Virus record (IMG/VR): IMGVR_UViG_3300044691_000116
Location: 9,234-73,233 of that record
From: a virus
DNA length: 64,000 nt
Direction: 5' to 3' (one strand)
Positions 34,589 through 44,766 of this stretch are shown in pieces; positions within the stretch are counted from its first letter, which is position 1; every line of letters starts with the position of its first letter. The notes beneath the pieces were generated by a model, which saw nothing but the letters and a program-made list of their open reading frames with translations, did no database searches and was not told the origin of the DNA. The position numbers were made by a program, and so were the translations under genes.

Positions 34589-37500
34589 AGGATCGGCACG
34601 ACCTGCTGGCCGAACGGCGTAAGTTCGGCCGGGTTTGAGGTCTGATAGCCGCCGCCGCCGGCATTGTAGGAGCCCGCAAGGCGAATCATCGCGTATGGGT
34701 TCCCGCCGTTATTGTTGCTCGGGTCATCTAGCGCCCATGGCAGCCAGCCCAGGAGGTTGGCTTCCGCAACAGCGATCAATTCGAGGGCATCCAGGTTGGT
34801 GAAATTGCCGCTTTGTTGGTTCTGATATGCGGGGCCGAACTCTCCGATACAGTAGGTCGGGCCACCTATTGCGTTCGCGGCCGTGCTCATGGCCACAGCC
34901 GCGGCCGTGAAGCCTCCTGTCCGGTAGCCACCGTAGATGTGTGCGGAGAACATCGTGTTGACCTGAGTATCGGTTGCGAGGACGTTCTGCCCATGATGGG
35001 TCAGTGTCCAGAAGTTCCCGGCGCCGCCCAAATCCTGGCCGGAGCCCGGCGCATCGATCATGATCGTGCATTTGTAGCCGGCGGTACGGAGGGCCGCGAC
35101 CATGGCGTTGTAGGCCTCCCTCCAGGTCACGTCGTCGAACGACGTTGCGACAGATACTGCCTGACCCGGGGTCACGGCATAGGTGGCGCCGATCGCGCCG
35201 GCCGTTCCGGTCAGTGGCGTGGCGCTCACAATCTGGAAAGGCGTAACGCCTGTGGCGCCAAGATACATCCGAGTCCGAATCGGAGTCGCCGCTGATACCG
35301 CCGCCGTGAGCGTCAGAGTCGTTCCGGAGATCGTACCGTGAACAACACCCGTTATGCCGGCAGTTCCCCACTCGTTGACGATGTTCAGGATCATGTAGCG
35401 CTCGTACGCCGCCCAGCGCGGATACTGCTCGACCCATTGCTGCGTAGCTGCCGCCAGGACTGCGACGCTGGTGTTTCCTGACGTGGGGCAGTAGTACCCC
35501 ATCGTGCTCGTCGACGCGACCGTCTGCGCCGCGCCGCTGATGGTGTAGGTTCCCTCTTTGCCTTGGATGCCTGAGCCGTTCGTGTTCGTCAGCTGCGCGG
35601 TAATGATCGCGGAGCCAGTGACACCTGTTCCTGACAGGCCCGTACCATTGGGCTGCGAGGTGCCGTTCGATACTGCAATGACTCCACGGTCGGTGCCATC
35701 AGACGCATGCGCCATCGCGGTCACGGTAAGCGTGTTGCCGCTGACGCTGCCCGTGAAGTAGGCCTTCACAGCCGCAATGACCGGAATCGGGACGCACTGG
35801 TGATTCGGCGACGTCGAAATCATGTCGTCGATCAGTGGTTTGTTCTTCGTCGTCCAGTCCTGCGTCATGTCGGTGAACATGCGCTGGCAGTTGGCCTTGG
35901 TGTTGAATAGGCCGACCGTTCCGGTTACCGGGGTATTGGAATCCCAGTGCAGGCGGTTCGCCCCGCGCGGGCGCCACTTGTTGCCATTCGCATCGTAGAG
36001 CGTTCCGTGGGCCGTCCAGAAGCCGACGCCCGTGCTCGTGCCCGGCCGCGTCATGGTGGACGGAGCGGTATCGGTGAGAGAGTCCGCACACGCTGCCGTG
36101 CTGAGGCTTGCAACAATCTTGAGTGAGGTGCTGAAGAACGAGCCGTAGGCGGTCAGATTCCCAAGCGCCGTTGTGCCGGCATAAACACCAGGGGCCAGCA
36201 CCGAGTCGATGTAGTGGGTGCCGATGTAGACCCGGATCTGCGAAACCGCCTGTACCGTGATGCCCGCGTTCTCGCCGAGACCGCCGATGTTCAAGCCGGC
36301 GCCGGGGCTGGCCGCGGTCTGAACCGCCGTCTGCGAGACCACCGTGTGGGTCGCCGTGAATTCAGTACTGGCGTAGGTGCCGCTTGGGGTCGTGACGCGC
36401 ACACTGAACCACTTGCCCACGTCGCCTGTGACCGGCGTGTAGGTTGAGCCCGTCGCGCCGCTGATCGCCACCGGGCCGGAAGTGCCAGCATTGGCATGCC
36501 ACTGTTGCGATGTGATCGGGCCGGTATAGCCTGGTGTGACGTAGGTCAGGGCTTGGCCCTTGACCGGAATCCCGAGGATCACGGGCGTGAACGGCGTCGG
36601 GTTGATGTAGGCCGCCCCGATCAGTCGCGCCAGCTGAGTCATCGACAACACGATGGGCAGCACGATCGCGCCGAGAGTCTCGAGCGCCGTTGCACCCCAG
36701 CCGTCGGCCGCCGTCCAGGCCTCAACGTTGGTAGTCGTCGTGGGAGGCGTCCAATAGAACGTCCCGTTTGCCTGAACACCGACGCTGCCGCCCTTGGTGT
36801 CGTAGGCGACTTGATTCGCGGCCGCGAGATCAGCACTGGCGGTGAGGCGATTGGCCGTCGTCGCATAGGGCGTGGCCAGGGTGACGTAGGCCCAGCCGGC
36901 TTGCGGCAGGATGCCCGTGACCAACGCGGAGGTGTTGCTAGTCGCGCCACCGTTGACGGTCACGACGAGGCTGACGGCAGTTCCGTAGCCATTCGTTCCG
37001 CGGGCGACCGTGACGGTGATGGACGTATCCGACCAGGACGTTACGGCGCAAACAGTTCCGCCCAACGCGACCGAGCCCGTGCCCTGCGTCGCCCCGAAGT
37101 TGACGCCAGTGAGCGTCAGCGACCCGAGGTGCCGCGGCGTCTTCGTACTGACGCCGGTGATGGTGGGTGCAGTGGTCGAGCCCTTGATGATGAACGCCGC
37201 GGCGGACCAGAAAGTTGAGGCCGACAGCGTCCAGCCTGGCGTCCATGTTCCCGTCGTCGTCGTGGCGCGCGTGATGATGCGCAGTTGCTGCGCCGAGCCC
37301 ACGTTGTCGTTGCCAATGAGCGGCGTATACCCGGACAGCGGCGTCGCCGTGGCAAAGGCCACGTTGCGCGTGACCATGAAGCCAACGACCAGGTCGTTCG
37401 TGAAGGTGTTCGGGCCGACGGCTACTTGCGGCGCCGTGCTGCCAGCGTTGAATGCCGTCGTGACCGCGGCGTCCAGCAGGTCGGCATGCTCGCCCGTCAC

Positions 37501-37827
37501 CGCGAAGATGGCGGCGCTGACTTCGACCGAGCTACCCGCCTTGCCGAACGTGACGGTCGGCGTGGTGCCATTCGTGGCGACATTCGCGACCGCCTGCCAG
37601 ACGCCCAGCCCGCGCGTGTCGTTGACATCCGCGATCTGCGTCCAGGTATTGCCCCGGTTATCAGAAATAACGAGGTTGTGGGCGGAGGTATTGTTCGTCG
37701 CCGCGACCGCGTACATCAGGTCGCCGGTCGCGATGCCGCCGGCGCTGGAGAAGGTGACGGTTTTGTTGGTCGTGTTGTTGGAGGAATCGGTTCCCCCATC
37801 GACCGCGCTATAGATCGTGATCGTCAT
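34552..37827 (-). CDS. Multidomain protein: beta-rich N-domain, IPT/TIG, Ig-like, C-terminal GH5 (mannanase-like) domain with two insertions
   Basis: PTITGVS...LTGVNFGATQGTGSV...SWSDTSITVTV (IPT); GF...GTLYDANG...RGAN, NIVNEW, IDAPGSGQD, NTMFSAHIY, IGEFG, GWLPW, LTPFG. Confidence 0.85.
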   Translation of the reverse strand: MTITIYSAVDGGTDSSNNTTNKTVTFSSAGGIATGDLMYAVAATNNTSAHNLVISDNRGNTWTQIADVNDTRGLGVWQAVANVATNGTTPTVTFGKAGSSVEVSAAIFAVTGEHADLLDAAVTTAFNAGSTAPQVAVGPNTFTNDLVVGFMVTRNVAFATATPLSGYTPLIGNDNVGSAQQLRIITRATTTTGTWTPGWTLSASTFWSAAAFIIKGSTTAPTITGVSTKTPRHLGSLTLTGVNFGATQGTGSVALGGTVCAVTSWSDTSITVTVARGTNGYGTAVSLVVTVNGGATSNTSALVTGILPQAGWAYVTLATPYATTANRLTASADLAAANQVAYDTKGGSVGVQANGTFYWTPPTTTTNVEAWTAADGWGATALETLGAIVLPIVLSMTQLARLIGAAYINPTPFTPVILGIPVKGQALTYVTPGYTGPITSQQWHANAGTSGPVAISGATGSTYTPVTGDVGKWFSVRVTTPSGTYASTEFTATHTVVSQTAVQTAASPGAGLNIGGLGENAGITVQAVSQIRVYIGTHYIDSVLAPGVYAGTTALGNLTAYGSFFSTSLKIVASLSTAACADSLTDTAPSTMTRPGTSTGVGFWTAHGTLYDANGNKWRPRGANRLHWDSNTPVTGTVGLFNTKANCQRMFTDMTQDWTTKNKPLIDDMISTSPNHQCVPIPVIAAVKAYFTGSVSGNTLTVTAMAHASDGTDRGVIAVSNGTSQPNGTGLSGTGVTGSAIITAQLTNTNGSGIQGKEGTYTISGAAQTVASTSTMGYYCPTSGNTSVAVLAAATQQWVEQYPRWAAYERYMILNIVNEWGTAGITGVVHGTISGTTLTLTAAVSAATPIRTRMYLGATGVTPFQIVSATPLTGTAGAIGATYAVTPGQAVSVATSFDDVTWREAYNAMVAALRTAGYKCTIMIDAPGSGQDLGGAGNFWTLTHHGQNVLATDTQVNTMFSAHIYGGYRTGGFTAAAVAMSTAANAIGGPTYCIGEFGPAYQNQQSGNFTNLDALELIAVAEANLLGWLPWALDDPSNNNGGNPYAMIRLAGSYNAGGGGYQTSNPAELTPFGQQVVPILQSLAVPATVFP

Positions 37828-39764
37828 GTGCCAATCCCCTGCGTCGCGCCGATGTCATTGAAGGTGACGCTCGGCACGCCCGTCCCTGTCTGTGGTCGCG
37901 CGATGGCGTAGAAGTCGGTCGCTATCGCAACAGGCTCGGCCGCGACGACGGCGCCAAGGCACGGACTGCCCGCGGCCAACGTCAGGTCGAATGTCGACAG
38001 GCTGGTGAACAGCGGATTGCTATAAGCGGTACCCGCGTGCAGATCTTTCGATGGGGCAGTTAATACGACGCCGCCAAAATCAAAGTACTTGTTGTAGTCG
38101 AGCGTGACGGCGGTATCGCCGGCGCCAAAGTTATTGAAGTCGAGAAACGAGTTATGCCCCGTCATCAGGCACAAAATGTTGTGATTGATATTGACCGTGC
38201 CGCTCGTGATCGCGCCGCCGTCATTGACCAACAGGTACGGATAGGCGCCCGTCGTTGCCGTCTGGACGATCGTGTTGTGGGTGAAGTTGATCGCTCGCGA
38301 CGCGACGTTGTCGCTGATCTTGAACGAGCCGCCGTTCTGGGGGCCACCGCAGCAGTTGATGAAGATGTTGTTGTAGATGTCGACCGATTGCACCGAACTC
38401 GCGCAGGTCAGACCGTTCTTCGCGGCGCTCTTGATCCAGTTGCCGTAGACCTTGTGGCCCGTGAACTTGTCACCCGAGCCCTGCGTGTCGTTGAACTGAA
38501 TGCCTGAGCCACCCGTGATGTCCTCGACCCGATTCCACCGAATGATCCAGTTGTGCGAGCACGGGCCGTTGAAGCCGCCCGAGATGGACTGATTGCCCGA
38601 GCCGACATAGATCCCGTGGTTGGTCATGCTCGTCTGCAGGCAACCGACGTCGTGGACGTAGTTGAATTGCAGAACGACGTTGTCGCCCTGTCCAGGAATG
38701 CCGCCCGCGAGCGCACCCGTCAGCGTCGGCCACGAGACTTCGCAGTTCGACACCCACCAGTTGTCGGCGCCTTGTTGCAGGTTGATCGGTGCGCCGTCGG
38801 TCGCGCTCGATGCAGCCGCGCTGAAGACCTTGAGTCCGCTCAGCTTGACGTACTGCCCCGACGTGAGGGCGCCGGCGTTTGCGTGGGCGCTGATCGGCCC
38901 CATAATGCCGCCGCGGCCGCTGCTCGGATCTTGGTAGTACGGCGTCTCGGGCGCGTTGCCGAGAATCGGGCCGGGATAGCGCGTGATTCGAATGTTGCCG
39001 TGCCCCGCGGCGCCGGTGGCAGGTGATCCGTTGTGGCGATTCTCTTGGAAGCGCGCCCACCGGTTGTCGAATCCCACCTGATCCACGTAGGGCGTCCCCG
39101 AGTTCGCGCGCACGACGATGCAGTCACCGGGGAGCAGTCCTGCATCGCCCTGCGCGGTCGTGGCGGCCCACAGCGACCCCGCGACGGCCGTGTTTGCGCC
39201 GCCGTAGTTCTGGAGATACTGGAACGGCTTGGTGATGTCGTCAGGTTTGCCGGTGGCATCGTTGCCAGCGACGTTGTCGACGTACCACGTGCGCCCCGGC
39301 TGCACGATGAACGCCGCGGTCAGGATGTTGGTGTCGACGCCGTTGACGGTGAGTTTTACGTCGAGTGCGCGGCCGGCAGTCATCAGGCCGCCCAGCGAGC
39401 CAATCTGAAACAGGATCGCCATCAACTGGTGCGTGACGAAAACGTTTGGCAGCGTCAGTGCGCGATAGTTGTCGACCTCATGCCATGCGTTGTCACCCAG
39501 CGGGTCACGAAAGAACACGCGCGCACCCGTCGCCTGTCCTAACTGGTCCGACCGCCCGAGGGCGTAGCCATAGGCCTCGAGCGTGAACCCCTTGTTGTTC
39601 TCGCCGCCCGTCAGCGAACCCGAGTCCGTGTCGAGAGCAAGCAGCCTCGGCGCCACCTGATAGCCGGTCGGCTTGTCGCCAGCTGGCCACGCGCTCCAAA
39701 TGCGCCCATCGAAACTGGTGAGCCAGCTCGACCAGTCTTTGGCGACAATGTTCTTTGCGGCCAT
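37824..39764 (-). CDS. Right-handed beta-helix (polysaccharide lyase-like) protein
   Basis: WYVDNVAGNDATG...KPF, LLPGD.IVVR, NYVHDV...NHGIYV, C-terminal NPLF...DLTL..GSP...DIGA. Confidence 0.8.
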   Translation of the reverse strand: MAAKNIVAKDWSSWLTSFDGRIWSAWPAGDKPTGYQVAPRLLALDTDSGSLTGGENNKGFTLEAYGYALGRSDQLGQATGARVFFRDPLGDNAWHEVDNYRALTLPNVFVTHQLMAILFQIGSLGGLMTAGRALDVKLTVNGVDTNILTAAFIVQPGRTWYVDNVAGNDATGKPDDITKPFQYLQNYGGANTAVAGSLWAATTAQGDAGLLPGDCIVVRANSGTPYVDQVGFDNRWARFQENRHNGSPATGAAGHGNIRITRYPGPILGNAPETPYYQDPSSGRGGIMGPISAHANAGALTSGQYVKLSGLKVFSAAASSATDGAPINLQQGADNWWVSNCEVSWPTLTGALAGGIPGQGDNVVLQFNYVHDVGCLQTSMTNHGIYVGSGNQSISGGFNGPCSHNWIIRWNRVEDITGGSGIQFNDTQGSGDKFTGHKVYGNWIKSAAKNGLTCASSVQSVDIYNNIFINCCGGPQNGGSFKISDNVASRAINFTHNTIVQTATTGAYPYLLVNDGGAITSGTVNINHNILCLMTGHNSFLDFNNFGAGDTAVTLDYNKYFDFGGVVLTAPSKDLHAGTAYSNPLFTSLSTFDLTLAAGSPCLGAVVAAEPVAIATDFYAIARPQTGTGVPSVTFNDIGATQGIGT

Positions 39765-39770
39765 GCGGGC

Positions 39771-40943
39771 TTATGCGTGCACTTGGCTGAAGGCTTGGCC
39801 GACATTGACCAGGACGGTCGTCGCGCTCAGTGCGATACCAATGATCTGGTCAACGTTGCCGGTCGCGGCGGGCAGCGTTTGCGTCAACGTGCCGGCGGTC
39901 GTCGACATGTAGACCAAGCCGCCCGGCGTCCATGTCCACGCGTCATGGCGCGCGATGCCGTGGTTCAGGAATTCCGTGGCAGCACTCGATGCATAGCCAG
40001 CGATGGCCAAGCCCATGCACAAGATGCCGTTGCTGGCGCCGGCGAGCGCGACTTGTCCCGAACTGTTGATGCCGACAGCCTGCCAGAGGGTGATCGTTGC
40101 CGCCGCCACCAGCCCTTGCACAGTCGTGCCAGTGAAGGTATCCGTGGCGGCCGGCAGGACAAGCTGAAGTTTGGGAACGGGTGCGGCGATCCTCGACCAC
40201 GTGTTGGCGCCCCCTTGGCCGAACAGGGCGATGTCGCCGATCGCCCAATTCGTGAGGCCGTCCAGCGTGGTGGTTCCTGCAGTCGTGACGACGTACGCAT
40301 TGGCGATGCCAGTTGGCGCCGTGCTGGTGACCAGGGCCGGCACGTTGGTCGATGCGTTCCAGCCAAGCGGGACGCTGATTCGCGAAGTGGCCGAGGTGGC
40401 CGCATTTGCGGCAGCCGTCGCAATGTTGCCCACCGAGGTATTGATGCTGACAATGTCAGCCGTGACGTTGTCGGCCAGCGCGGCGAAGAGATTGGCGCCG
40501 CCGTTCACAAGGCGCGACCACGTGCTCGAGCCACCCACGCCGAAGACCGCGACATCACCCACAACCCATGTGAAGATGCCGTCCAGAGCCGTAGACCCGG
40601 GAGTCGTCACGATGTAGCTGTTGCTGGCGGCGGCCGTTCCGCTGGTGAGCGTCGGCGTGTTGGTACCCGCATTCCAGCCAAGCGGCACGGCGACCCGGCC
40701 CGTGACGGCGGTCGAAAGCGCTCCGACGCCTGTGTTGGTGCCGACAATGTCGGCCGTGATTTTGTCCGTCAACGCCGAGAACGACGTGACGCCCCCACCG
40801 CCACCCATGGCTGTGGAGACCTGCGCACCCACGTTGTTGAGCGTGAGCATCGTCGGGACACCCGTCGTCGGATCAACGGCGACTCCAATGCCGGGAGTGA
40901 GAGTCTGGTTTTTGTCGACCAGAAAGGCGTTGGGAGCGGTCAT
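39771..40943 (-). CDS. Probable head fibre/decoration protein with two tandem ~95 aa repeats
   Basis: Repeat GWNAxTNxPxL...YxVTTxGxTxLDG...WxxGDxAxF...TWSR twice; C-terminal WTPGGLVYMSTTAGTLT...IGIALS cement-like domain. Confidence 0.7.
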   Translation of the reverse strand: MTAPNAFLVDKNQTLTPGIGVAVDPTTGVPTMLTLNNVGAQVSTAMGGGGGVTSFSALTDKITADIVGTNTGVGALSTAVTGRVAVPLGWNAGTNTPTLTSGTAAASNSYIVTTPGSTALDGIFTWVVGDVAVFGVGGSSTWSRLVNGGANLFAALADNVTADIVSINTSVGNIATAAANAATSATSRISVPLGWNASTNVPALVTSTAPTGIANAYVVTTAGTTTLDGLTNWAIGDIALFGQGGANTWSRIAAPVPKLQLVLPAATDTFTGTTVQGLVAAATITLWQAVGINSSGQVALAGASNGILCMGLAIAGYASSAATEFLNHGIARHDAWTWTPGGLVYMSTTAGTLTQTLPAATGNVDQIIGIALSATTVLVNVGQAFSQVHA

Positions 40944-41033
40944 ATTTGCTTCTTTGCTGCAATGCGCATGGGTCGAGGCGTCGCCTCAGCCCCCAAGCGG
41001 GATAGACTGCGTATCCATTTGTAAGGACGCCGC

Positions 41034-41261
41034 ATGCTCTGGTCTCACCCGTACTGGCTCGCCGTCGTGGCTGTGGCGGCCGTGGCCGCCCTCGTGTGGA
41101 TCAACTTGCGAGCGCGCAAGCTGCCGCAGGATCCCGCTGAGGAGATCGACCACGCGTATTTCCTATACGGCGAGGCGTCGCTCGATCGACCCACGCCGCC
41201 ACCCACCAGCGAGCCGGCGTCGGTGAGAGCCGCGGGTCAGGAAGTCGGGGGGGCGTTGTAG
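41034..41261 (+). CDS. Small single-TM protein (moron)
   Basis: AAGGA RBS, N-terminal TM, TAGACT -10 at 41003-41008. Confidence 0.55.
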   Translation: MLWSHPYWLAVVAVAAVAALVWINLRARKLPQDPAEEIDHAYFLYGEASLDRPTPPPTSEPASVRAAGQEVGGAL

Positions 41262-43234
41262 AACGGGTGAGTCGTCGGCAGGACGCTGGCTTGCAGACCT
41301 TGACGCCAGGCAATATCGCCTTCGACCTTCTGGCGATTCGCCGTCGACAGCGCGCTGTCGAACATGTCGAATTCGCGGGCGACGATCGCCACCAGTAGCG
41401 AGTTCAGCGTAGCGATCGTCACGTTGTTCGAGGTCGTCGCGGAGAACGTTGTCGCCCCCGAAGTCACGAAGGTGCCGGTGGCCGTGACGGTGCCGTTCAG
41501 GGACAGCGTCGTCACATTGTTGGCAGCGTCAAAGACTCCGACCACGAGGGTCGGCGTGTTCGTCGCAAGAGCAACGCTTGAGGTAATCGTCGTGGCTGCG
41601 TCAGCGTCTTGCCGGCGATAGGTCATCGTCGGGAAGCCGCTCGAGTTGACGCCGAGGATCGCGCGCTCGCTGTTGGAGCCGGTTATCGTGGCGCCGAAGA
41701 TGCAGCGCGATCCGCCCGGCACGGTAGTGAGTTGGTACAGGGCCGCCAGCGTGACGCCGGCCAGACCGCTCGTGAACGGCTTGAGGCTTGAGGCGTCGCC
41801 AAGCAGGCCCTGAGTCGTGCCGTTGAACGTGTAGCCCGGGCCGCCATTGAAAGACGTGGCCCCGTAGGTCGGCGCAACGCTGCCCGTCCAGGAATAGCCG
41901 GAACCGCAGCCGTTCAGTCCCGTCCCGGTCGTCGGCGTCGTGGCTGGATTCGAGAAGTCCGTCCAGAGCACCGATTTCAGCGGGTCGACGTTCAGCGACA
42001 ACATGCTGAACTGCGGCAATGGGAACAGGCCAGCTAACTGTGGGCCGCTGATGACGCCAGAGGCAACGATTGCGGCGTAACCAGCGGCGTCACAGTGCAA
42101 GCCGTCACCCGTGTAGTTCGCCAACCAGACATCCGTGAGGGTCGTGTCCTGCGTCTGCGCAGCGATGTCGACGGTGTATTTGTATGGCGCAGGCTTGGTC
42201 AGCATCCATGCGTCGAATGTCTGGCGCGCCGCAGCGTTTCCATCTGCTGTCTGCCCGCCCGCAGTGGTAAACGTGCCCGTCGTGGCTGGCGAAAGCGTGC
42301 AGCCGATGACTGTCTTGGTCGGGAAACGCTTGGCGGCGATGGTGAAGTCGCCTTGCAGTTGGAGCGCCGTCCGGTTCCCGCCTGCCGTGCGGATGTCGTT
42401 GATGCCGTAGCCGTTGATGACGTGGCTGCAGTACGTGTTGCCGAGGATCTGGCGCTTGCGGCCACCCGTGTTGAACTGCGAGAGCTGCGAGCCACCGACG
42501 CCGCAGTTGATGAAGCCGTAGCCGACGCCAAGCGACTGCGCGACCTGGCCCATGTTGCCGTTGCTGTCGGGTGCCGTCGAACCGCCTGCGCTGGTTGAAC
42601 CGATCGTGCGGCTGTCGCCCAGCAAGAAGAACGAGGCCTTCGTGGTCGTCGCAACGATGCACATGGGGTAGATGAACGCGCCAGAGCCGCCATCCGTGAT
42701 CGTGCCGCCCAACGACAGATCCGAGAGGCTAGTTGCCGAAAAGGCACACGCCTCTCCTTGAGCCGCCCATCGCGTAGATACCGTCGCTTGCGTGCTAATG
42801 ATCCCGCCGCCCGTTCCTGTCGCTGTTTTGACGAACGGGCGCAACCAGAATATCGACCCTTTCGGGATGACGACCGCTACAGGATCGCAAAGGCCGGTAT
42901 CGCCGTTTTGCGGTGCGACTCCTGGGCTGGCGCCCGACCAAAGCGCCTGCGTGAAAGTGCCCGATGGGTATTCGACCCCGATGGCGTAGTTCAGTACTGC
43001 TGTTGCCGTACTCTCGGTGGATGGGCAAAACCAGCCGGGATACTTGAACTGGATGGCAGTCAGGTCTTCGGTCGCAACGTGCGCGGTCCGACAGTTCGCG
43101 TAGTTGTTCGTTCCGCTCGACACATTCGGAATGTGCGAGCGGGTTGCGACAACACCAAGATAAGGCGCGAGCACGAAGGGCGACGCCGACGCGCTCCCGG
43201 AAAGCGCGCGCAGAAACAGCGAGGCGTAGCTCAC
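41237..43234 (-). CDS. SGNH/GDSL hydrolase with C-terminal LamG/ConA-like domain
   Basis: Blocks LGDS, GVGGS, YGIND, DGLH; start GTG (MSYASLF) after GAGG. Confidence 0.85.
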   Translation of the reverse strand: MSYASLFLRALSGSASASPFVLAPYLGVVATRSHIPNVSSGTNNYANCRTAHVATEDLTAIQFKYPGWFCPSTESTATAVLNYAIGVEYPSGTFTQALWSGASPGVAPQNGDTGLCDPVAVVIPKGSIFWLRPFVKTATGTGGGIISTQATVSTRWAAQGEACAFSATSLSDLSLGGTITDGGSGAFIYPMCIVATTTKASFFLLGDSRTIGSTSAGGSTAPDSNGNMGQVAQSLGVGYGFINCGVGGSQLSQFNTGGRKRQILGNTYCSHVINGYGINDIRTAGGNRTALQLQGDFTIAAKRFPTKTVIGCTLSPATTGTFTTAGGQTADGNAAARQTFDAWMLTKPAPYKYTVDIAAQTQDTTLTDVWLANYTGDGLHCDAAGYAAIVASGVISGPQLAGLFPLPQFSMLSLNVDPLKSVLWTDFSNPATTPTTGTGLNGCGSGYSWTGSVAPTYGATSFNGGPGYTFNGTTQGLLGDASSLKPFTSGLAGVTLAALYQLTTVPGGSRCIFGATITGSNSERAILGVNSSGFPTMTYRRQDADAATTITSSVALATNTPTLVVGVFDAANNVTTLSLNGTVTATGTFVTSGATTFSATTSNNVTIATLNSLLVAIVAREFDMFDSALSTANRQKVEGDIAWRQGLQASVLPTTHPFYNAPPTS

Positions 43235-43238
43235 AGCC

Positions 43239-44144
43239 TCAGTTCTGGAAGATTTCCAGGTATGCGGTGAAGACCTCGGAACTGGTCGGCGTGTAGGCGC
43301 CGCGCGCCTCGAGCAGGCCGTAGATCGTCGTGCCGGAGGACAGTGCGAAGGTGATGTCGCTGCCAATCAGGGGGGCACCGTTGCCGGCTGCGCCATCCGT
43401 GCAGGCGATCATGCTGGTGACGTCGAGCGCACCCAGGTAGTTCGCGGCGCCGACAGGGACGAAGGCGCCCCCGTCACCATTCGTGGGGGCCAATGGCGAT
43501 GCGCTGAAGAGGTGCAGCCGGAAAGCTGCGTTCGTCGTCGACGTGCTGGTCTTGCTCAGGCGTCCGCGGCGGATGGTCGCCGAGCCGGCAGCCAGCCTGG
43601 AGGCCGTGAACTGTAATGCGGTGACGCTGCCGGCGGTCGTGCTGTTGGCGACGAGTTGGCCGACCACGTAGGCCGTCGTGTTCGCGGGTCGCGTGACCGT
43701 GGTTGACGGCGTAGCCACAATGCCGGCCGTCTTGCCGATGATGTTCTCGCCGGCCGCCAGGACGATGTTGGCGATCAAGTCGCGCGAGATGGAGCGCAGC
43801 TTGGCGAGGACCGTCCCAACGGCGCCGGCGGTGACCGCAGCATCCGCCGTTGTCCCGATGCCGTTCGCCGTAGCTTGCTCGGCGGTGATCTGGGTAGCCT
43901 GGTCCCGCGAAATCGACCGGAGCTTGGCAGAGATGGTGCCGGCTGCGCCAGCCGTGACCGCAGCGTCGGCGATCGCGCCTTCAGCCACGTCTGCGCCGTC
44001 AGCGACCGTGGCCGCGCCACCGCCTCCACCGCCGCCAGTGGTCGCGATCTTCAGGGCGAATGTTCCATCGCCCTGGTCGACGAACCGGACAGGGATTCCT
44101 GTGCCGGAAGGCAACGCCTCCACGCCTACGATTTTGTCTGCCAT
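43239..44144 (-). CDS. Probable virion structural/decoration protein
   Basis: Internal repeat ADAAVTAGAxGTxxAKLRSISRD twice; TRPANTTAY...FRLHLF...YGLLEARGAYTP. Confidence 0.75.
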   Translation of the reverse strand: MADKIVGVEALPSGTGIPVRFVDQGDGTFALKIATTGGGGGGGAATVADGADVAEGAIADAAVTAGAAGTISAKLRSISRDQATQITAEQATANGIGTTADAAVTAGAVGTVLAKLRSISRDLIANIVLAAGENIIGKTAGIVATPSTTVTRPANTTAYVVGQLVANSTTAGSVTALQFTASRLAAGSATIRRGRLSKTSTSTTNAAFRLHLFSASPLAPTNGDGGAFVPVGAANYLGALDVTSMIACTDGAAGNGAPLIGSDITFALSSGTTIYGLLEARGAYTPTSSEVFTAYLEIFQN

Positions 44145-44210
44145 GGAGTTTCCTTACAGGGGTGCTCGTGCTCTCCGCAGCGCCCGATCGAAGTGGGGTC
44201 TACGGACCGT

Positions 44211-44363
44211 TCAGGTCTTGTGCGGGTGGTGGTGCGCGATGCGCAGATCCAGCGCGATTGGGATGCGAACGATTCGCCGACGGAAGCGGCGCTCCAGCAG
44301 GATCGCGAGCCAGATCCAGAACCCAATGCGCGCGCCCATTTCCTCGTCGTCTTCGTCGATCAC
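44211..44363 (-). CDS. Small hypothetical protein (50 aa, not in the ORF track)
   Basis: GTGA coupling; MIDEDDEEMGARIGFWIWLAILLERRFRRR... Confidence 0.45.
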   Translation of the reverse strand: MIDEDDEEMGARIGFWIWLAILLERRFRRRIVRIPIALDLRIAHHHPHKT

Positions 44364-44692
44364 GCCGAGACGGACAGATCCATCGCGGACGGCACATTCA
44401 CCATGACAACGACGACATCAGTCACAACCAGCGGACCCGGCTGACCCCCGTTGACGGTGGCGACTGCCGGCGCGGTGAGCGCATTCCCAGCAGCATCGGA
44501 CGCGACGATCGTGGCGCTCCACGAACCAGCGTCCAGAGTGACTGCTACCGCAATGCCGTCGATGGGAAGGCTGACCGTCTGCGTTGCGCCGGCAGCCTCG
44601 GTGAAGACTGCGGTGTAGTGGTCAACGGCGTCGGCGAGCGACGATGCAGCGACAGCCAGAAGGGTAACGGTACCAACAACAGAACGGGACAT
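44360..44692 (-). CDS. Small beta-rich (Ig/FN3-like) protein
   Basis: AAGGA RBS; ...W.ATIVASDAAGN motif. Confidence 0.65.
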   Translation of the reverse strand: MSRSVVGTVTLLAVAASSLADAVDHYTAVFTEAAGATQTVSLPIDGIAVAVTLDAGSWSATIVASDAAGNALTAPAVATVNGGQPGPLVVTDVVVVMVNVPSAMDLSVSA

Positions 44693-44766
44693 GATGCTTC
44701 CTTGCACAACGAAAGAAGCCCGTGCGGCGCAATGCCGGACGGGCTGGAATGTGGAAAGGGTATGGG

